From positions 1 to 64,000 of the forward strand of contig JBBPEB010000018.1 in the NCBI GenBank assembly GCA_039096225.1: DNA of 64,000 nt, given 5' to 3'. The notes under the pieces were generated by a model. That model was not told the DNA's origin. It worked only from the letters and a program-made list of their open reading frames with translations, and did not search any database. Positions 26,558-41,117 of the stretch are shown in pieces. This DNA comes from Blastocystis sp. Blastoise (taxonomy: Eukaryota; Protista; Bigyra: Opalinata). Numbering within the stretch: position 1 is the first letter of the stretch; every line of letters begins with the position of its first letter. Position numbers and translations under genes: made by a program.

Positions 26558-29500
26558 ATGGAAACAGAATCTACTCCTGTGTTATCTCCTATAAGTTCTG
26601 AAGTTCATGAACTTGAAAAGGAATTTGAAAGTGTTGCCGCTGAATTAAAAGAAGCTAAAAATCGTGATTCTGCTGGTGAAGGTATGTTTTTTTACTATTT
26701 ACTAATTTGTTTCCATCAGAATAAATTATACATCTTGCTTATATAGAAGCCACTAGTTCTGATGGTGAACATACTAGTGAATGGTTAAAAAAGAAGAGTC
26801 AAGAACTTCAAGAGAAGATTTTAGCTAAATTACCAGAAGGTAAAAAAGAAGAATGGATTAGTAAAGGTCAAGGAATGCTTGAAAAATATGGTTTAATGGA
26901 AGAATCACAAGATTTAAAGAACTCTTTTATTCAAAAGGGTATGGAGATTCTTCGTTCTAATAAGGAATTAAGTAAGTTGCTTCTATTTAAATATTATTTT
27001 ATATTTGTTTCGTGTATATATTGATATATATATATATTCTATATAGCGAAAACAATCAAAAATTTAGCTAGTAATACTGAACTTCAAGGTCAAGTAGCTG
27101 AGAAGTTTGAGCAAATTAAAGATAATGAATTAGTTAAAAAATCAACTGATGCTTTTAATGTTATTAAAGAAGATAAAAAAACAAAGAAGGTATATATTTC
27201 GTTTGTTTTTAGATATTCTTATTCTATAAATTTTTATTATGTTTATTGTTTTATTAGTTATGTTTATTATATTTATGATTCTATAGTTATTAGATGAAGG
27301 TAAGAAAGTTGCTAAAGATTTATTAGAATCTGAAGAAGCTAAAGAATTAGCAGATATTTCAAAAACATTATTCAGTGATTTCTCAAAATCAGAAACTGTT
27401 ACTAATGGAATTGAAAAAGCTAAGAAAACTTGGAATGAAAAGGTATATATATTGATTTTATTATATTTATTATGTTATTATTATTATTATTATGTTTATT
27501 ATTATTAATATTATTATGTTTATTCATATTCATATAGGGAGAGGAATGGACAGAGAAAGGAAAAGAGTTGACTCAGAAGGGTATTGATGGCGTTATGAAG
27601 GGACAAACTTATGTTAAAGATCATGAAGAACAATTAAAGAAAGTGAAATTAACAGATGAAGATAGTAATAAAATTACGAATAAGAGTGAAAAAGTCATTG
27701 ATAATATTGTTGAAAATAGACAAAAATATGCAAAGATGGGTATTGATGTAAGTTTATATTTATTATTGATATTATTCTATTTATTATTAATAATATTATA
27801 TTTATTATTGACAATAATAATATTAATATATATAGGTATTAAAGAAGGTTCAAGAAGATGATACAGGTAAGAAACTTCTCTCTCAAGGTCTCGAATATGC
27901 TAAGAAAGTACAACAGGAAGGAGGGTATATATATACATATATATATAACACTTTATTAATATGGATCATTTCTTTTTATTTATTTACTGTTATTATAATA
28001 ATATAATTGATTCCAAATGATTTATATATATAGTATTGAAGCTATGTTAAAGAAAGGACAAGCTCAATTGAAAGAATTCCAGAGTAACGAAGAAAAGAGA
28101 GATGAAATGATTAATAAGGTGAAAGATACAATCCTTGATTTCATTCTTAAAGTATATTCATTGTTATTTATTATATTATGTCGTCATTATAATAACATTT
28201 TTTTTTTTTTTTAAATTTCTTACAATTATATATATATTAATATATTAATCAATAATGATAATAATTATATATATATATAGTTTTTACCTTCTATATCAGT
28301 ACCTGATATAAAAGGAGAATATAAAGATATTCATTTCAAAGTAAGTAATATTGATTTAAAGGGTTTTAAACTGAAATCTAAAGATGTGAGTGTGAAATTC
28401 TTATTAAATCACGGTAAATTAGATGGTGCAAAAGTTCGTATTGCTGTTGAGAACTTAAAATTAAAGATGAAAGATTTGAAATGGAAGGTAAAGAGAAGTA
28501 CATTCCCTAAGATTAATATGAAAGGATTATGTACTGCAGGAACTAAACATGCTCGTTTTGGTTTATATTTTGTAATGAATGTTATTCAAGAAAAACCTCA
28601 ATTATATATATTAAGACCTTATTTAAGATTAGAGAATTTAGATATTACTTTAAAGGATAGTTCTATTGCTGGATTTGCTAATACAATTATTAATATGTTT
28701 AAGAGTGTAATTCGTCATAAGTTAGAACAGAAAGTACATGATATATTAAATGAACAAGCAAATGCCTTATTAACACCTGTTAATAATTTAGCTGTTCAAT
28801 ACTGGCCTATGTTAAATGAATTAGTAGATGCTAATAAAGAATTAAAGAAAGTTCGTGAAGTTAAAGATAAAGATGGTAATATTACTTATGTAGAAGAAGA
28901 ACAAGTTGATTTAGATGAAGTTGATGTTGTTTTTGAAGAAGGTAGTTTAGGTTTAGAATTAGAAGCAGATCTTAATGAACATTGTATCTCTCATACTAAG
29001 GTATATATAGGTTTTAATTTTTATTTTTTTAATTTTTAATTTTTATTTTTTTAATTTATTAATTTTTATTTTTATTTTAAATTTAACTATTTTTAGACAT
29101 TTAATTATTTCTAAAGAACTTTTATTATGAATAAACCTCACTATATATATATAGGTATCTGCATTTAGTCGTGATGGATTAAAACAAGGTCAAGCTCAAG
29201 CTTCTAAGTTAATTAGAATTGGTGATCATATTACTAAGATTAATGGAGAAGATGTAGGTAATAAATCTCATGATGAAATTGTTGAATTACTTGTTTCTTC
29301 TTCTCGTCCTTTTGATATCACTTTTGCTAGAATATTTAAAGTATATATATATATATATATATATTGATTATTATTCATTCTTTTTAATGATTTATTTTTT
29401 TTTATATATTTAATATATTCTTATATATAATATATAAATATATAGGAAGGTGATAGTTCTGATTTTGATGATGCTCTTTCTGAAACTACTAGCGATAGTG

Positions 29501-30453
29501 ATGATTCTGATAGTGATGATGAGAAATCTAAGAAGAAGAATCATAAGAAGGCATCCAAGAAATCTAAGAAACATGATTCCGATAGTGATTCTGATTCCGA
29601 TAGTTCTGAAGAAGAAAAACCTAAGAAGAAGGCTTCTAAGAAACATAGTAAGAAGGTTGAATCTGATAGTGATTCTGATTCTGACAGTGAAAGTGAAGAA
29701 GAAAAGAAGCCTGCTAAAAAGGCTGCTAAGAAAGTAGAATCTGATAGTGATTCTGATTCTGATAGTTCTGAAGAAGAAAAAAAACCTGCTAAGAAATCTT
29801 CTAAGAAACCCGCTAAGAAGGTCGAATCTAGTTCTTCTGAAAGTGAATCTGAATCTTCTGAAGAAGAAAAACCTAAGAAGAAGGCTTCCAAGAAATCCAA
29901 GAAGGAAGAATCTAGCTCTTCTGAAAGTGAATCTGAAGAAGAAGAAAAGAAGCCTGCTAAAAAGGCTACTAAGGCACCTGCTAAGAAAGTAGAATCTTCT
30001 TCTGATAGTGAAAGCGAATCTTCTGAAGAAGAAGAAAAGAAACCTACTAAGAAAGAAGAAAAGAAGGCTTCTAAGAAAGTTGAATCTGATAGTGATTCTG
30101 ATAGTGAAAGCGAAGAAGAAAAGAAACCTACTAAGAAAGAAGAAAAGAAACCCGCTAAGAAAGTAGAAACTAGCTCTTCTGATAGTTCTGATTCTGAAGA
30201 AGAAGAAGAAAAGAAACCTGCTAAGAAATCTTCTAAGAAACCCGCTAAGAAAGTAGAATCTAGTTCTTCTGATAGTGAAAGCGAATCTTCTGAAGAAGAA
30301 AAGCCTAAGAAGAAGGCTTCCAAGAAAGAAGAAAAGAAGCCTGCTAAGAAAGTAGAATCTTCTTCTGAATATGATTCTGAATACGATTCTGAATATGATT
30401 CTGAATCCGAAAGTGAATCTGATAATGAAAATGCTACTTTTAGAAAGATTTAA
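26558..30453 (+). CDS. Multi-exon host gene: K/E-rich helical N-terminus, probable BPI/TULIP-like lipid-binding domain, PDZ domain, long Ser/Asp/Glu/Lys-rich tail
   Basis: ATG at 26558 (METESTPV..); GT-AG introns join the ORF fragments; PDZ signature VVFEEGSLGLEL..GQAQASKLIRIGDHITKING..SSSRPFDITF; TAA at 30451-30453. The BPI-like call is from pattern only. Confidence 0.75.
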
Positions 30454-30761
30454 ACATATATGTACCATATTATTAATTCTATATTATTCTTTTGAAATAT
30501 TTATCTTGTGTCAAGGTATTTAGTTTTATGTTTTCTATTTTGATTTTTAAATATACGCTATTCATATGCTTCAAGTTTTTTTGTTTTGTTTATATATATA
30601 TATTTCATTTAAAAGATTTAAACGATATATTTTTCATGTGTAACAATAAGTTTTTATAATAATATATATATACATTGTGTATTAACTTATAATTGACAAA
30701 TTTAATTAATTCATTATGAACAAAACAAAAATAATACATATGTTTATTATACATTCTTAGG

Positions 30762-32827
30762 TTAGTACAATGAAGGATATCTAGTCTTTAGAATATTGAT
30801 TAATTGTATATACTCTTCTTTATTCTTATAAGTATCTTCACCATATATATATACATTTAAATATTTATTTAAATGAACAAGTTTATTAGTAAATATAGGA
30901 AGCAATAAAGATTCATTACCAATAGACATAAAATGGCATAATATCTATATATAGAATAATATATAGGAAACGAAGAATAATAATATATAAAAGATATATA
31001 ATAATAATAAATATACTTGAATTGTACTAAGATAATAGTTTTCTACCACTTTCTTCGACATTCCATCAGTTTTATATTCCCACGTGTCTCCATAAGATTT
31101 TTGAAACGTATTTATAGTAAGTAGAATATCTTCTAATAGCAGAGAAACACAATTTAAAAAAGGAATATCCCCAAATAATGAAAGAGGAGACAAGGAACAA
31201 AGACATAAATAGATAGCAGTCTTAATCTATATAGTATATAATAAAATAGTATTGATACAATTGAATAGTATTGAATAGTATATAATATAATTACAGTATA
31301 CTTTAATATTATGAGGTTTATATAAAGAGAGAAGAAGAGATATAGAAATAGTTCGAATTTCATAAAGTTGCTCCTTAACAGAAATAGTCGTTTTTATATA
31401 TAACTTTGATATATATTGAAAAAAAGAGGTTAAGAAATAGATTATTGAAATGCTTAATGCTGATGAAATCGATTCAGTCTGTTGAAGATTGGATAGTAAT
31501 GGAATAAAATCAGAAGGAGATAAATAAAAGCATATATATCGTAAGAGACGAAAGAGACTACATAGATATTCATCATTCCCACGGTAATATGAAGTAATTA
31601 TAGATTTCAATGGAGAGATTAAAATAGAAAGTTGTTGTGAGTTTTGTTGAGAATGACTATTAATATATTTAAATAGATTACATAACGGAGAAAAGAGTTT
31701 AGAATATAGATCATGATCTTGTGTTAATAAAAGTTGAGATATAAATAACTGAATGAATTGATCCGATAATTCAAAATACTATAAATATATAGGATCCTGT
31801 TTTATCATATAAACAATTTTTTTATAAATAGTGAAGATGTGAATTATAAAATAAAAAGAATATATATAGTATGTTTGTAAAATATAACATAATAGTGAAT
31901 GATAAGAATGAGTAATATAACAAGAATATATACTACAATAGTAGTTGCTAATGTTTCAATAGCTTTTAATAATGTAAAATATGAATCTTTTTGATTGAAT
32001 GAAACTAACATACAATTATATAGTGATTCGCACAAGTCACGCAGTGATGGATGATGACACGCTTCAAGTTGTTTTTCATTAATTGATGAAATAGATGTAT
32101 ATATATAAAGAGAAACAGAAGGAGTAGCATTATGGAGACAGTTTACGTAGAACTGAATACATTGTGTCAGAACTGACTCCTCCATGGATTGAAGAGGGAC
32201 CTATAATAATATATTATAATATATATAATACGTTATATATATACAATGTACAAAAAGAGAAGACAAAAAAAGTTATAATCATAAATAATAATAATAATAA
32301 TATAATAATATACAGAAGTAGATAGTGTAACACTTTTTATTATAGACAGCGCGTTGATACGTAAGTGAGGGTCATAGTACGAAAATGCACGTGATAGGAA
32401 TGTAACAATGTCTGACCAATAATACCTATATATATAGATATAGATATAATTATTAGATATAGATATCTAGAATAAATTAAATACAAGAATGATTGTGTAT
32501 GATATTTGGCAATACATGAAATAAGCTCAATACTCGAATCCGATATACTAAGAGGAGAAGGAGAAGAAGAAGAAGAAGGAGAAGGAGAAGGAGATAAGAG
32601 AGAGAGAAGATATTTCATAAGTGTAGAATCCTATATATATAGAAAGAACAATGAATATATATATATATATAAAGAATAAACTTTGTATATATATATATAT
32701 ATATATACATGTTTATTAGAGGGTACAATAAACGATTCGAAAGAGTATGATGGTATACTAAGAGAGAAAAGAGAAGAAAGAGAAGAAAATATATTATCCC
32801 TTAATTGAATCCCTTTTTCAGGAAGAG

Positions 32828-32875
<48 letters not shown>

Positions 32876-34981
32876 TTATATGAGGGAGATTAAGTAACCA
32901 AGAATAGAGAAAAGTGATAAAGATTAATATAGAATAAGAGTATTCATAATAATTAAAAACAAAGTATATGTAAATAGAATGATATATATATATTAATACC
33001 TATATTTCCTAATTGATTTATAAGTAGCAGAGTTATTGTTGATGACTGACGTTGATATTTATATGTATATAAACTGATTTTACAAAAATATTGAATTACC
33101 TATATACATAAATAAATATATAAATATATGAATCAATAAATCAATATATATACATATATACTTTAAATAACTCAAGAAGAATATTTTGAATATGATTATT
33201 ATAGTATTTCAGTGAGATAATGATAATTAAATGAAGAAAGGATACTATTTTATACATATCATGAGATCTGGACATATAACTACATACCCTTGTATTCTAA
33301 GAACAAGAAGTTATAGAGTATAACATAAGAATTACAAGAAAATAGATTATGAATTATAATACAAATTATATATATATATAATTATATACACTATCTGATG
33401 AAATTTTCATCCATTTTTCGAGTTGTAGTTTCTTACAGAGAGTTATATAAAGTTGAAGACATAGGCATATATTTGTTGAAGAATGTTCCATATAAATAAG
33501 TGTAGCAAGAATACTAGGCACCGATTCCCATGGGAACGTGAGTAAATCATTAGAAAGTCTAATAAGGTTGTTTAAAAAAGAGAGAATATTTCCAGTTAAT
33601 TTTGAATATCTATATATATAACTATATATACTATTATATCTATATATATATATATATATATACAATAGTTGGTCTTCATTTTGAGATATTATATTTCGAT
33701 CAATTAAATAGTTAGGTAATACTGATATATCAGTTAATTCATCAATATCTTTATATGTATCTATATTTATAGTACTATCATTATTATCTGTGATTAAAGT
33801 TGAATTGAAAATAGTGCTATTATTATATATATTGAGAAGAGCATCCATGTTAGGAAGAGAAGAAGTAGTAGTAGTAGGAGAAGAAGTATTAATAATAGAA
33901 GAAGTATTAATAGAAGAAGAAGTATTAGTAGGAGAAGAAGTATTAATAATAGAAGAAGTATTAGTAGAAGAATAATTATTAATAATAGAAGAAGAAGAAA
34001 CAGATGCAGATAAAAGAGAGACAATAATTGAGTATAAACAAGAAGATGAAGAAGAATTTAGAAGAGAAGGAGTTACAGAAAGAAGAGAAGAAAGACAATG
34101 AAAAATATAGGTTAAAATCTATATATTTGGAATATTAAAGTAAGTAATAATTATTTAGTATGTAAATCTATATAATAAAAATAATATACTTTCGTGAATT
34201 GTGGATCTTTATATCCAGCAGGATAATGTACGGATAACAAAACATATAACTGATTCCAAAGATGTGATTTCTCTTCAAATGTTAAAGATAAGGAAGAATG
34301 GCATATATATGTAAGTAGATAAAGAGAAGAGAGTTTGATCTGAATATTCGTTGAATGTGGTTGAATATATGGATAAATTAGTTGAATAATATCAGGATAA
34401 AACTATATAGAGTTAAAAATTAAGTTATATAATGAATTACTATTATATACTGATGCCATATAGTTACTATACTGCTCTAGCAAACTAGATAAACATTTAA
34501 ATAAATCAATTAATATCATTGGCTCTGAATCCTTTGACTGTTTAAGAATGTACATTACAATTTCTTTGATATTCGAAACAGAAAAAGATGGCTAGAAAAA
34601 TTAAAAGCATTAAATAGTTCTTTTGAAATAGTTACCTTCTGTTTTAAACATAAAATCCCAAGCCATTCACAGAATTGACTTATTGGTTGACAAGATGTTC
34701 CTTGAATGCACTCTAGCACATGTAATACAGTTTTGGCCATAATCTATATATATTAGAAAGAATGAAACAAATGAAAATGAATAGAATACGTCTTTAGAAA
34801 CAGAATAAACTGGATAATCTTGTTTGCAAAACAAATTCATGCATTCCTGTAGCTTCTTATCATTAGACACATTATTCTGAGATGAAAGAGATGAGAGACA
34901 GTTTAAGGCTTGAGACCATGAAGACTGAAGCGAACTTTTTGGATTTCTTTTCTTTTGATATCTTGATGTGAAGCTATTCAT
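30762..34981 (-). CDS. Multi-exon host gene, Leu/Ile/Ser-rich, probably HEAT/ARM alpha-solenoid; function unknown
   Basis: ATG at 34981 (MNSFTSRYQKK..); successive minus-strand ORF fragments separated by GT..TAG introns; probable TAA at 30762-30764. Confidence 0.6.
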
Positions 34982-36756
34982 CGACTTCTAGTACTTATTT
35001 TCAACCTTATTATACAGAAAGGAAAAACTATTTACAATTGTGGGAAAAAACAATTATGAAGTTTTTTATTGTTATATTTATTTCATATATTTTGTGTCAG
35101 TTTTAGTGTGTTTAATTTTGTTTAATCATTAATACTATAAAAAATAATTAAAAAAACACATTTTATTGTAAACGTTGTATATTCTTAATAGCAAACTATT
35201 AAAAAATATATTATAAACTGTAAAAAGGATACAAAAATGAAATATTTAATATATTAGCATGTAATTGACCGCTATTAATTCAAAAATAAAAACATTTCTT
35301 TCTGTAAATAGAAACAAATATGCTTTTGTTTTTCATTTTTTTTAATTATTTGTCATAAAATCATTTTGTAAAGAAACAATAGTATTTGAATGTAATAAGA
35401 TTGTTCTCTATATATAGATAAACAAGTGTGAGTGAGAAGATTACATAAAGAACTCAAATTATTAATTACTCTTTTTCCCATAGAGCACGAATCTCTGAAA
35501 AAAATTATGTAGACACATACGCTACTCACCTACAAATATATGATACCATAGCCAGTGCAGACTGCTTCTCATTTATTATCATTTTTCAGTCTACACTATG
35601 AGGCAGTTTTCTTTTGCAAAATCTCTCCAAAATGAAGATTTGTAATCAGACTGAATCAGAACTCTTTCAGCTGGTTTATATTTACGGTTATTCACTATTT
35701 ATTGCCCAATCAGTGTCTAATTTAGGATGGTTAATTTCATATAAAAATAGTGATTATTCTCAGTCTTAATTTATCTTAAAATTACATTTTCAGATAAAAT
35801 CTAATTGATCAAATATCTGCTGTAACTAACAAAACAATGTAATCAAACACAAAAACGTATTAATCATACAATTCGCTACAAGAATTACTAATAAAAAACG
35901 ACACAAACCAAAGTGATCAGTTAATCGGCATATATCAGCATATACAACTAACTCCTAATTCCTGTGAATTGAATCCACTCTTCATCTGTACAAGGTTCTA
36001 CATGGAAAAAAACTAAAAAAAATTATATTATAAAATAGATAATTAGCAAAAAACAAAACATACAAATATAAATCATTGAATATATACCAGTTGATTTCTC
36101 ACTCTATATATGATATATTCATAATATATGTATAATAATATATAAAGACATATACATCCAACATCTGCCACTTGTTAGCCCTATTTCTTCGATGATATTG
36201 GCCATAGTTGTTAGTCTATAATAATGAATCACAAATAAAGAATATATCATACAATTTAAGCCTCAAACTAATTAATTTGGTGTCCCTCTATTATGATTCT
36301 GTTCATTATCTATATATATAAAATAAAAAGTAAAACATTTGATTAATAAATAAATATTTATTGTAATAAAGTATATACTTCTTGAAATTGTCTTATCATC
36401 TACGAAGGCATATAATATTAGTCATTCATAACTATAAATAGAAAACATATTGAAAGTCTAATAATAAATATATACATATTAAATTATTCCCTATCTTATT
36501 CTATTCACATAATATTGACTAAGAAATTATAACCATTAATAAAGTTTATAACTAATTTCAATAATCATACTATAAATAAAAATTATAGAAATAGAAATGA
36601 AAGAAAGATATGTAGAAAAATATTTAAATAACATCAAAATTGATAATAACAGATATAAATACTTTATAAGCGTGTTATATCACTCACAACCATTATTATA
36701 ATCATTTATAAATCTCTCTTTTAATCTAAATATGTATAATAATATATATTTACTAA

Positions 36757-39733
36757 TTAATATCCTTAATTTAGCAGCCCAAAAGTACGGTGTCTCACAC
36801 ACTTTTTGTGTTATTGACTTTGTTATTAACTTTTATAAAATAAAAATAACATCATAAAAACCGGAACACAATTCTAAAAATGACTGTTAAATTTTTTTTT
36901 CGAAAACTCTAAATTTCTGGCTAAAAAACGCAAAAAACCATTTTCGCACAAAATTTTAACCAAAATTATTGGATTATTTTTATTTTATCCAATATTTTTC
37001 ATTTTTTTAAAAACACTTATTTTTCGTTTTTCATTTTTTATTGTTTTCTTATTTTTGCTATATCACTTCACATACTCTATATTTATTTTTATGAAATTGA
37101 CTTTTATTGACGGGTTGGTCTAATAAATAGTTTTGACGGGTAAATTTGTTTATATTAAGAACTTGACAACATATCAATATAAAGATCACTAACTATAAAC
37201 TCTAAAACCATTTCATATGTAATGAATATGACCTTAACTACTCTGAAATAGCAACAATTCCTTTAAATAACGACAAAAGACAAACTGATATCCAACACAT
37301 TCCTTCTTAATAAACTTAATTGAACTGTTTTGTATTTATCTAACTCTATATCCGTCATAAATATGTTTTATATTTTTATAATATCAATTAAAAGAGAAAC
37401 ATTTGCTTTTAAAAATTTTTGTGTTTGACATCCAATTTTGTGATCATCAGATCTCAGTCGATTTTAAACATAAAATAAAAGTTAAAACATATTTGTAAAC
37501 TAGACAACCTAAATGTCATCCGTTTTTTATATTTTTACTTAATATTAAATATTGACTGAGAAACATACATTTATATGAAAAACATAAAAATGAAAAATTT
37601 CTAAAAAGGGTATATTTTGTGATCACTAGATCTCAGTCAATATTTTATAAAATAATAAAGTTAAAGCTTATTTAGATATAGGACAACCTAAATGTCATCC
37701 GTTTTTGTCACTTTTTCAAAATATTAAAAAATGAAGTCACAGGAGACAATAGTTGAACTCACTAAAAAAATAACGTTCGAAATTTTTCTCAAAACTTTTT
37801 TATTTGTTTTTTGTCAATAATTTCATCATTAGCAATTTTATTTGACATTAGACTTTATATTTAAAAACTATATATCAAAATAAACATATTTTATAATTTT
37901 TTATGGTTTTTAAAAGACTGTGACAACAGATCACCAGACAATGTTAACTCAATAAACTCTTAAAACGTTTTAATTAGTGTTTAGAATCATTCATGGACAC
38001 TGAATATGATTTATTTGAAAAAGTTAGGACAACATGTTGAACTGATACAGACAATGTTTGTTCTAAAAAGTTAGTTATGAGTCTTACTAAGTTGTAAATA
38101 TCATAAATATGCTTTAAATAAATAAATATGCTTTTAATTATCTTTAATTAGTGAAATAAGTCGTTTAAAAAGAAGAAAGCATTTTTGATACTATAGTTTA
38201 TTTTGGCAATTTTTCCATCAATATTAATTTTTAAAAAATAAATAAAACTTATATATAAACTAGACAACCTATAGTTTATATATTTATAAAAGTATTATCA
38301 AAATATAAAATAACTTTTGAGATAAAAAATTATATATGCAAAACATAAAAAAATTAATTTTTGAAAAAAGGGTATAGTTTATCGTTTTAATTTCTCAGTC
38401 AATATTTAATTATTTTATATATTTTTAACAAATAAATATAGAGAATAAACTATATTAACAATATAAATTTTAATATTTGAAATTAATAAAAAAATGAGTT
38501 CAGTAGAGTCAATAGTGTAACATGTTAAAAAACTGAAAATTGAAAAATCATTTTTCTAAAAATTTTCCAAAAGTTGACAAATCAAATTAATATTTTACAA
38601 CTATTTTTTATATATTTGAAGACTAGGCCTTATATGTATTGCATATCTCAAAATAATAGTCAAAATTGGGTTAGACGAGTGTATATATATGCACATGTTG
38701 ACTCAAAATTTTATAAAAAGTAGTTCAATGTGTCCTAAACCACATATTAGGACAATTCTGAAAATATTATCACTTTATAATGAGTTTAAAGGGTAAAATA
38801 GTTTTGAATTGTCTGTTTGACTGTCTTAAGTGAAGAGATTCAATACACTTTTTATAAAAATGAGTATTAGAGTGTTTAATGTTTATAATAATAAAAGAAT
38901 TGTTTGAAATAAAGGTGGTTGTGTGTTTGACCAAAATGTTAAAATAAGTCTATTTTTCCAAAATGGTTGTAATAAGTATGTATAGAGTGTTTTTTGACTG
39001 TTTTATATTAAAATCTACAATAAATAAATATTTTAAGTTGTTCAAAAAATTATTTTTTTAGAATTACAATAGTTAAGTCAAGAGATTCAAGTTACCTTTT
39101 ATTAAAATAATAAATAGACTTATTATAGAACATAAAATATTAAAAATTAGTTTAATTAAACATGGTTGATTGTTTGATATGAATGTTAAAATGGGTAAAA
39201 AGATTTTAATTGTTTCTAAAACCGTATAATACGTTTATTTTTGACTAAATACAAAACTATTATAGTTTAAAGAATGTTTTTTGTCTTTCAAAAGAACTCA
39301 TTTTTTTGTAATTGTGACTTTAAACAAAAGAGATTCAAGTTATTTTTTATAAATTAAAATAACAAATTAAATATATATGTATATGAATATAAAATTCGTT
39401 TTAATAAAAGTGAATGTGTGTATTTAAAAATGTTAAAGTCTTTTAGAGTTTTTTTAAAATGACTAATTTGTTTTATAAACGATATTTTATATCAATAATA
39501 AAAGTTTTCAAAGTACTAAATCTATTTACTTATGAAATGTAGTGTATTCTTTGATTAATATTTTAGTTTTTAGTTTTTATTTAATGAAATAGTCATTAAT
39601 GTTATTATTAAATTTTAATTTATTATGAACTATTAATTTAAAATAATGAAAAGATATTTTTTTATAAAACTATTTTTTTTTATTTTTATCTAGATTCAAG
39701 CGTAGGCTGGCGTAGCCAGTCGTGAAACGCTTG
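36757..39733 (+). mobile_element. Non-autonomous Helitron-like family B, copy 2
   Basis: A|TTAATATCC...CAAGCGTAGGCTGGCGTAGCCAGTCGTGAAACGCTTG|T; near-identical inverted copy of 43455-46435. Confidence 0.88.
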
Positions 39734-41061
39734 TATACCTTTAATAATTTAGCCAATATAATGTTGATAACCACATCTAAAGAATTATATATATTTAACC
39801 TTTCTAGATATAGAGAGTTAATGGCTTAATATATAAATATAAATATACAATATATTATGAAATCGCTTTATATCAATTCTAACATATTCTGTTGTCTTAT
39901 TCAATTGAAATACATAATAGTAACACTTCATTTTCCTAAACTTAAGTATGTATATAATTTATATAAAACTATTTACCTGTGATTCAACTACTAAGATGTA
40001 ATTCAAGCTTATATTGGTGTAGATTTATTAGTGACCTTTCGACGTAACTAATAATCAGATTTTAGCTGAAATATGTAATTCATCAATCTATAATATATAT
40101 ATAATTAATTATTATTATCATAAATAATGGATACAATAATCAAATAAAAACAAAACGTTTATTATATACAATGGCAAATCAATTAAATACATAGATGAAC
40201 AGACCTTTTTAAATATTTTTGAATGACATGTAGCTACAATAGTAAAAAACACGAAAACAAATTCTCAATCAAAGACTAATGTTGATTTCAAAGGCTTTGA
40301 AATCAAAGAAGGCTACATGGAAATGTTCAAATGACCAAGAGAAAGCAATAATGAATTGTGTTAGGTTTATAGAAGTCAGGCACCCTTTTTAACGTTGGAC
40401 AAAGACTATAAAATGTTATTACTATTATTATTAATTTATACATATGTAATTAAAATAATAACTTGCCATATTGAAATACACATTCAACGAAATAGACCAT
40501 AAAAGTCTAAACTACAGTGAATTTATCAAATCATCAACAAAAATAGCATGAAATATGTAAAAATAAAAAATTAAAAAAAATGAATCTTCAAAAAAAATTA
40601 TACGAATCTCGTCGTTTTTTTTTCTTTTTCAATACGGTATTTTTGTATATAAAAATGAATATATATTGGTTAAGATTTCCACTTTAAATGATGAAGTTGT
40701 CTTTAACCACATTCATTATGTTTTTTAGTGTGATGCTATTTACTTTCTTTTATTTCAATAACGAAGCTGATTTCTATGAATTGATGATGCTAATACCTTT
40801 TCTTACTTCCTTTTTCTCTATATATTTAATTTTATTTATTTTTTTAATTTTATAGTACACTTTCCAGTTTTTATTTGCTTATACTGAGAGTATTCTGTTG
40901 CAAACTTCAATATAATACGTTGACCGTTTTTGAAGTTCTTTTGCCAAAAATTAATTTGTAGTTTTTGCTTTTATTTAACTTATCAATTCATTTTATATAC
41001 TTTATCTATTCTCAATAAGTGAATAAATACATATTAACAGAAGCACTATGAAAAAAGTAAC

Positions 41062-41117
41062 TATGCTCCATAATGGATGGAAAGAGTCTTTATTCTTCAG
41101 GTTCAAATCCTGGCATA
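41062..41117 (+). ncRNA. Compact tRNA-like cloverleaf (version D) just inside the CACTA end
   Basis: TATGC / TCCAT-AATGG-ATGGA / AAGAGT-CTTT-ATTCTT / CAGG-TTCAAAT-CCTG / GCATA. Confidence 0.5.

Noticed and set aside
29410-30468. Antisense ORFs of 352 and 260 aa
   Set aside because: Shadow frames of the repetitive S/E/K-rich last exon of the plus-strand gene.
35595-35610. CACTATGAGG as an alternative CACTA left end
   Set aside because: It lacks the A-run seen at 41044 and has no partner or subterminal repeats; likely chance.
40005-40020. AAGCTTATATTGGT match to the cloverleaf C D-arm
   Set aside because: No T-arm or acceptor pairing follows; consistent with chance in AT-rich DNA.
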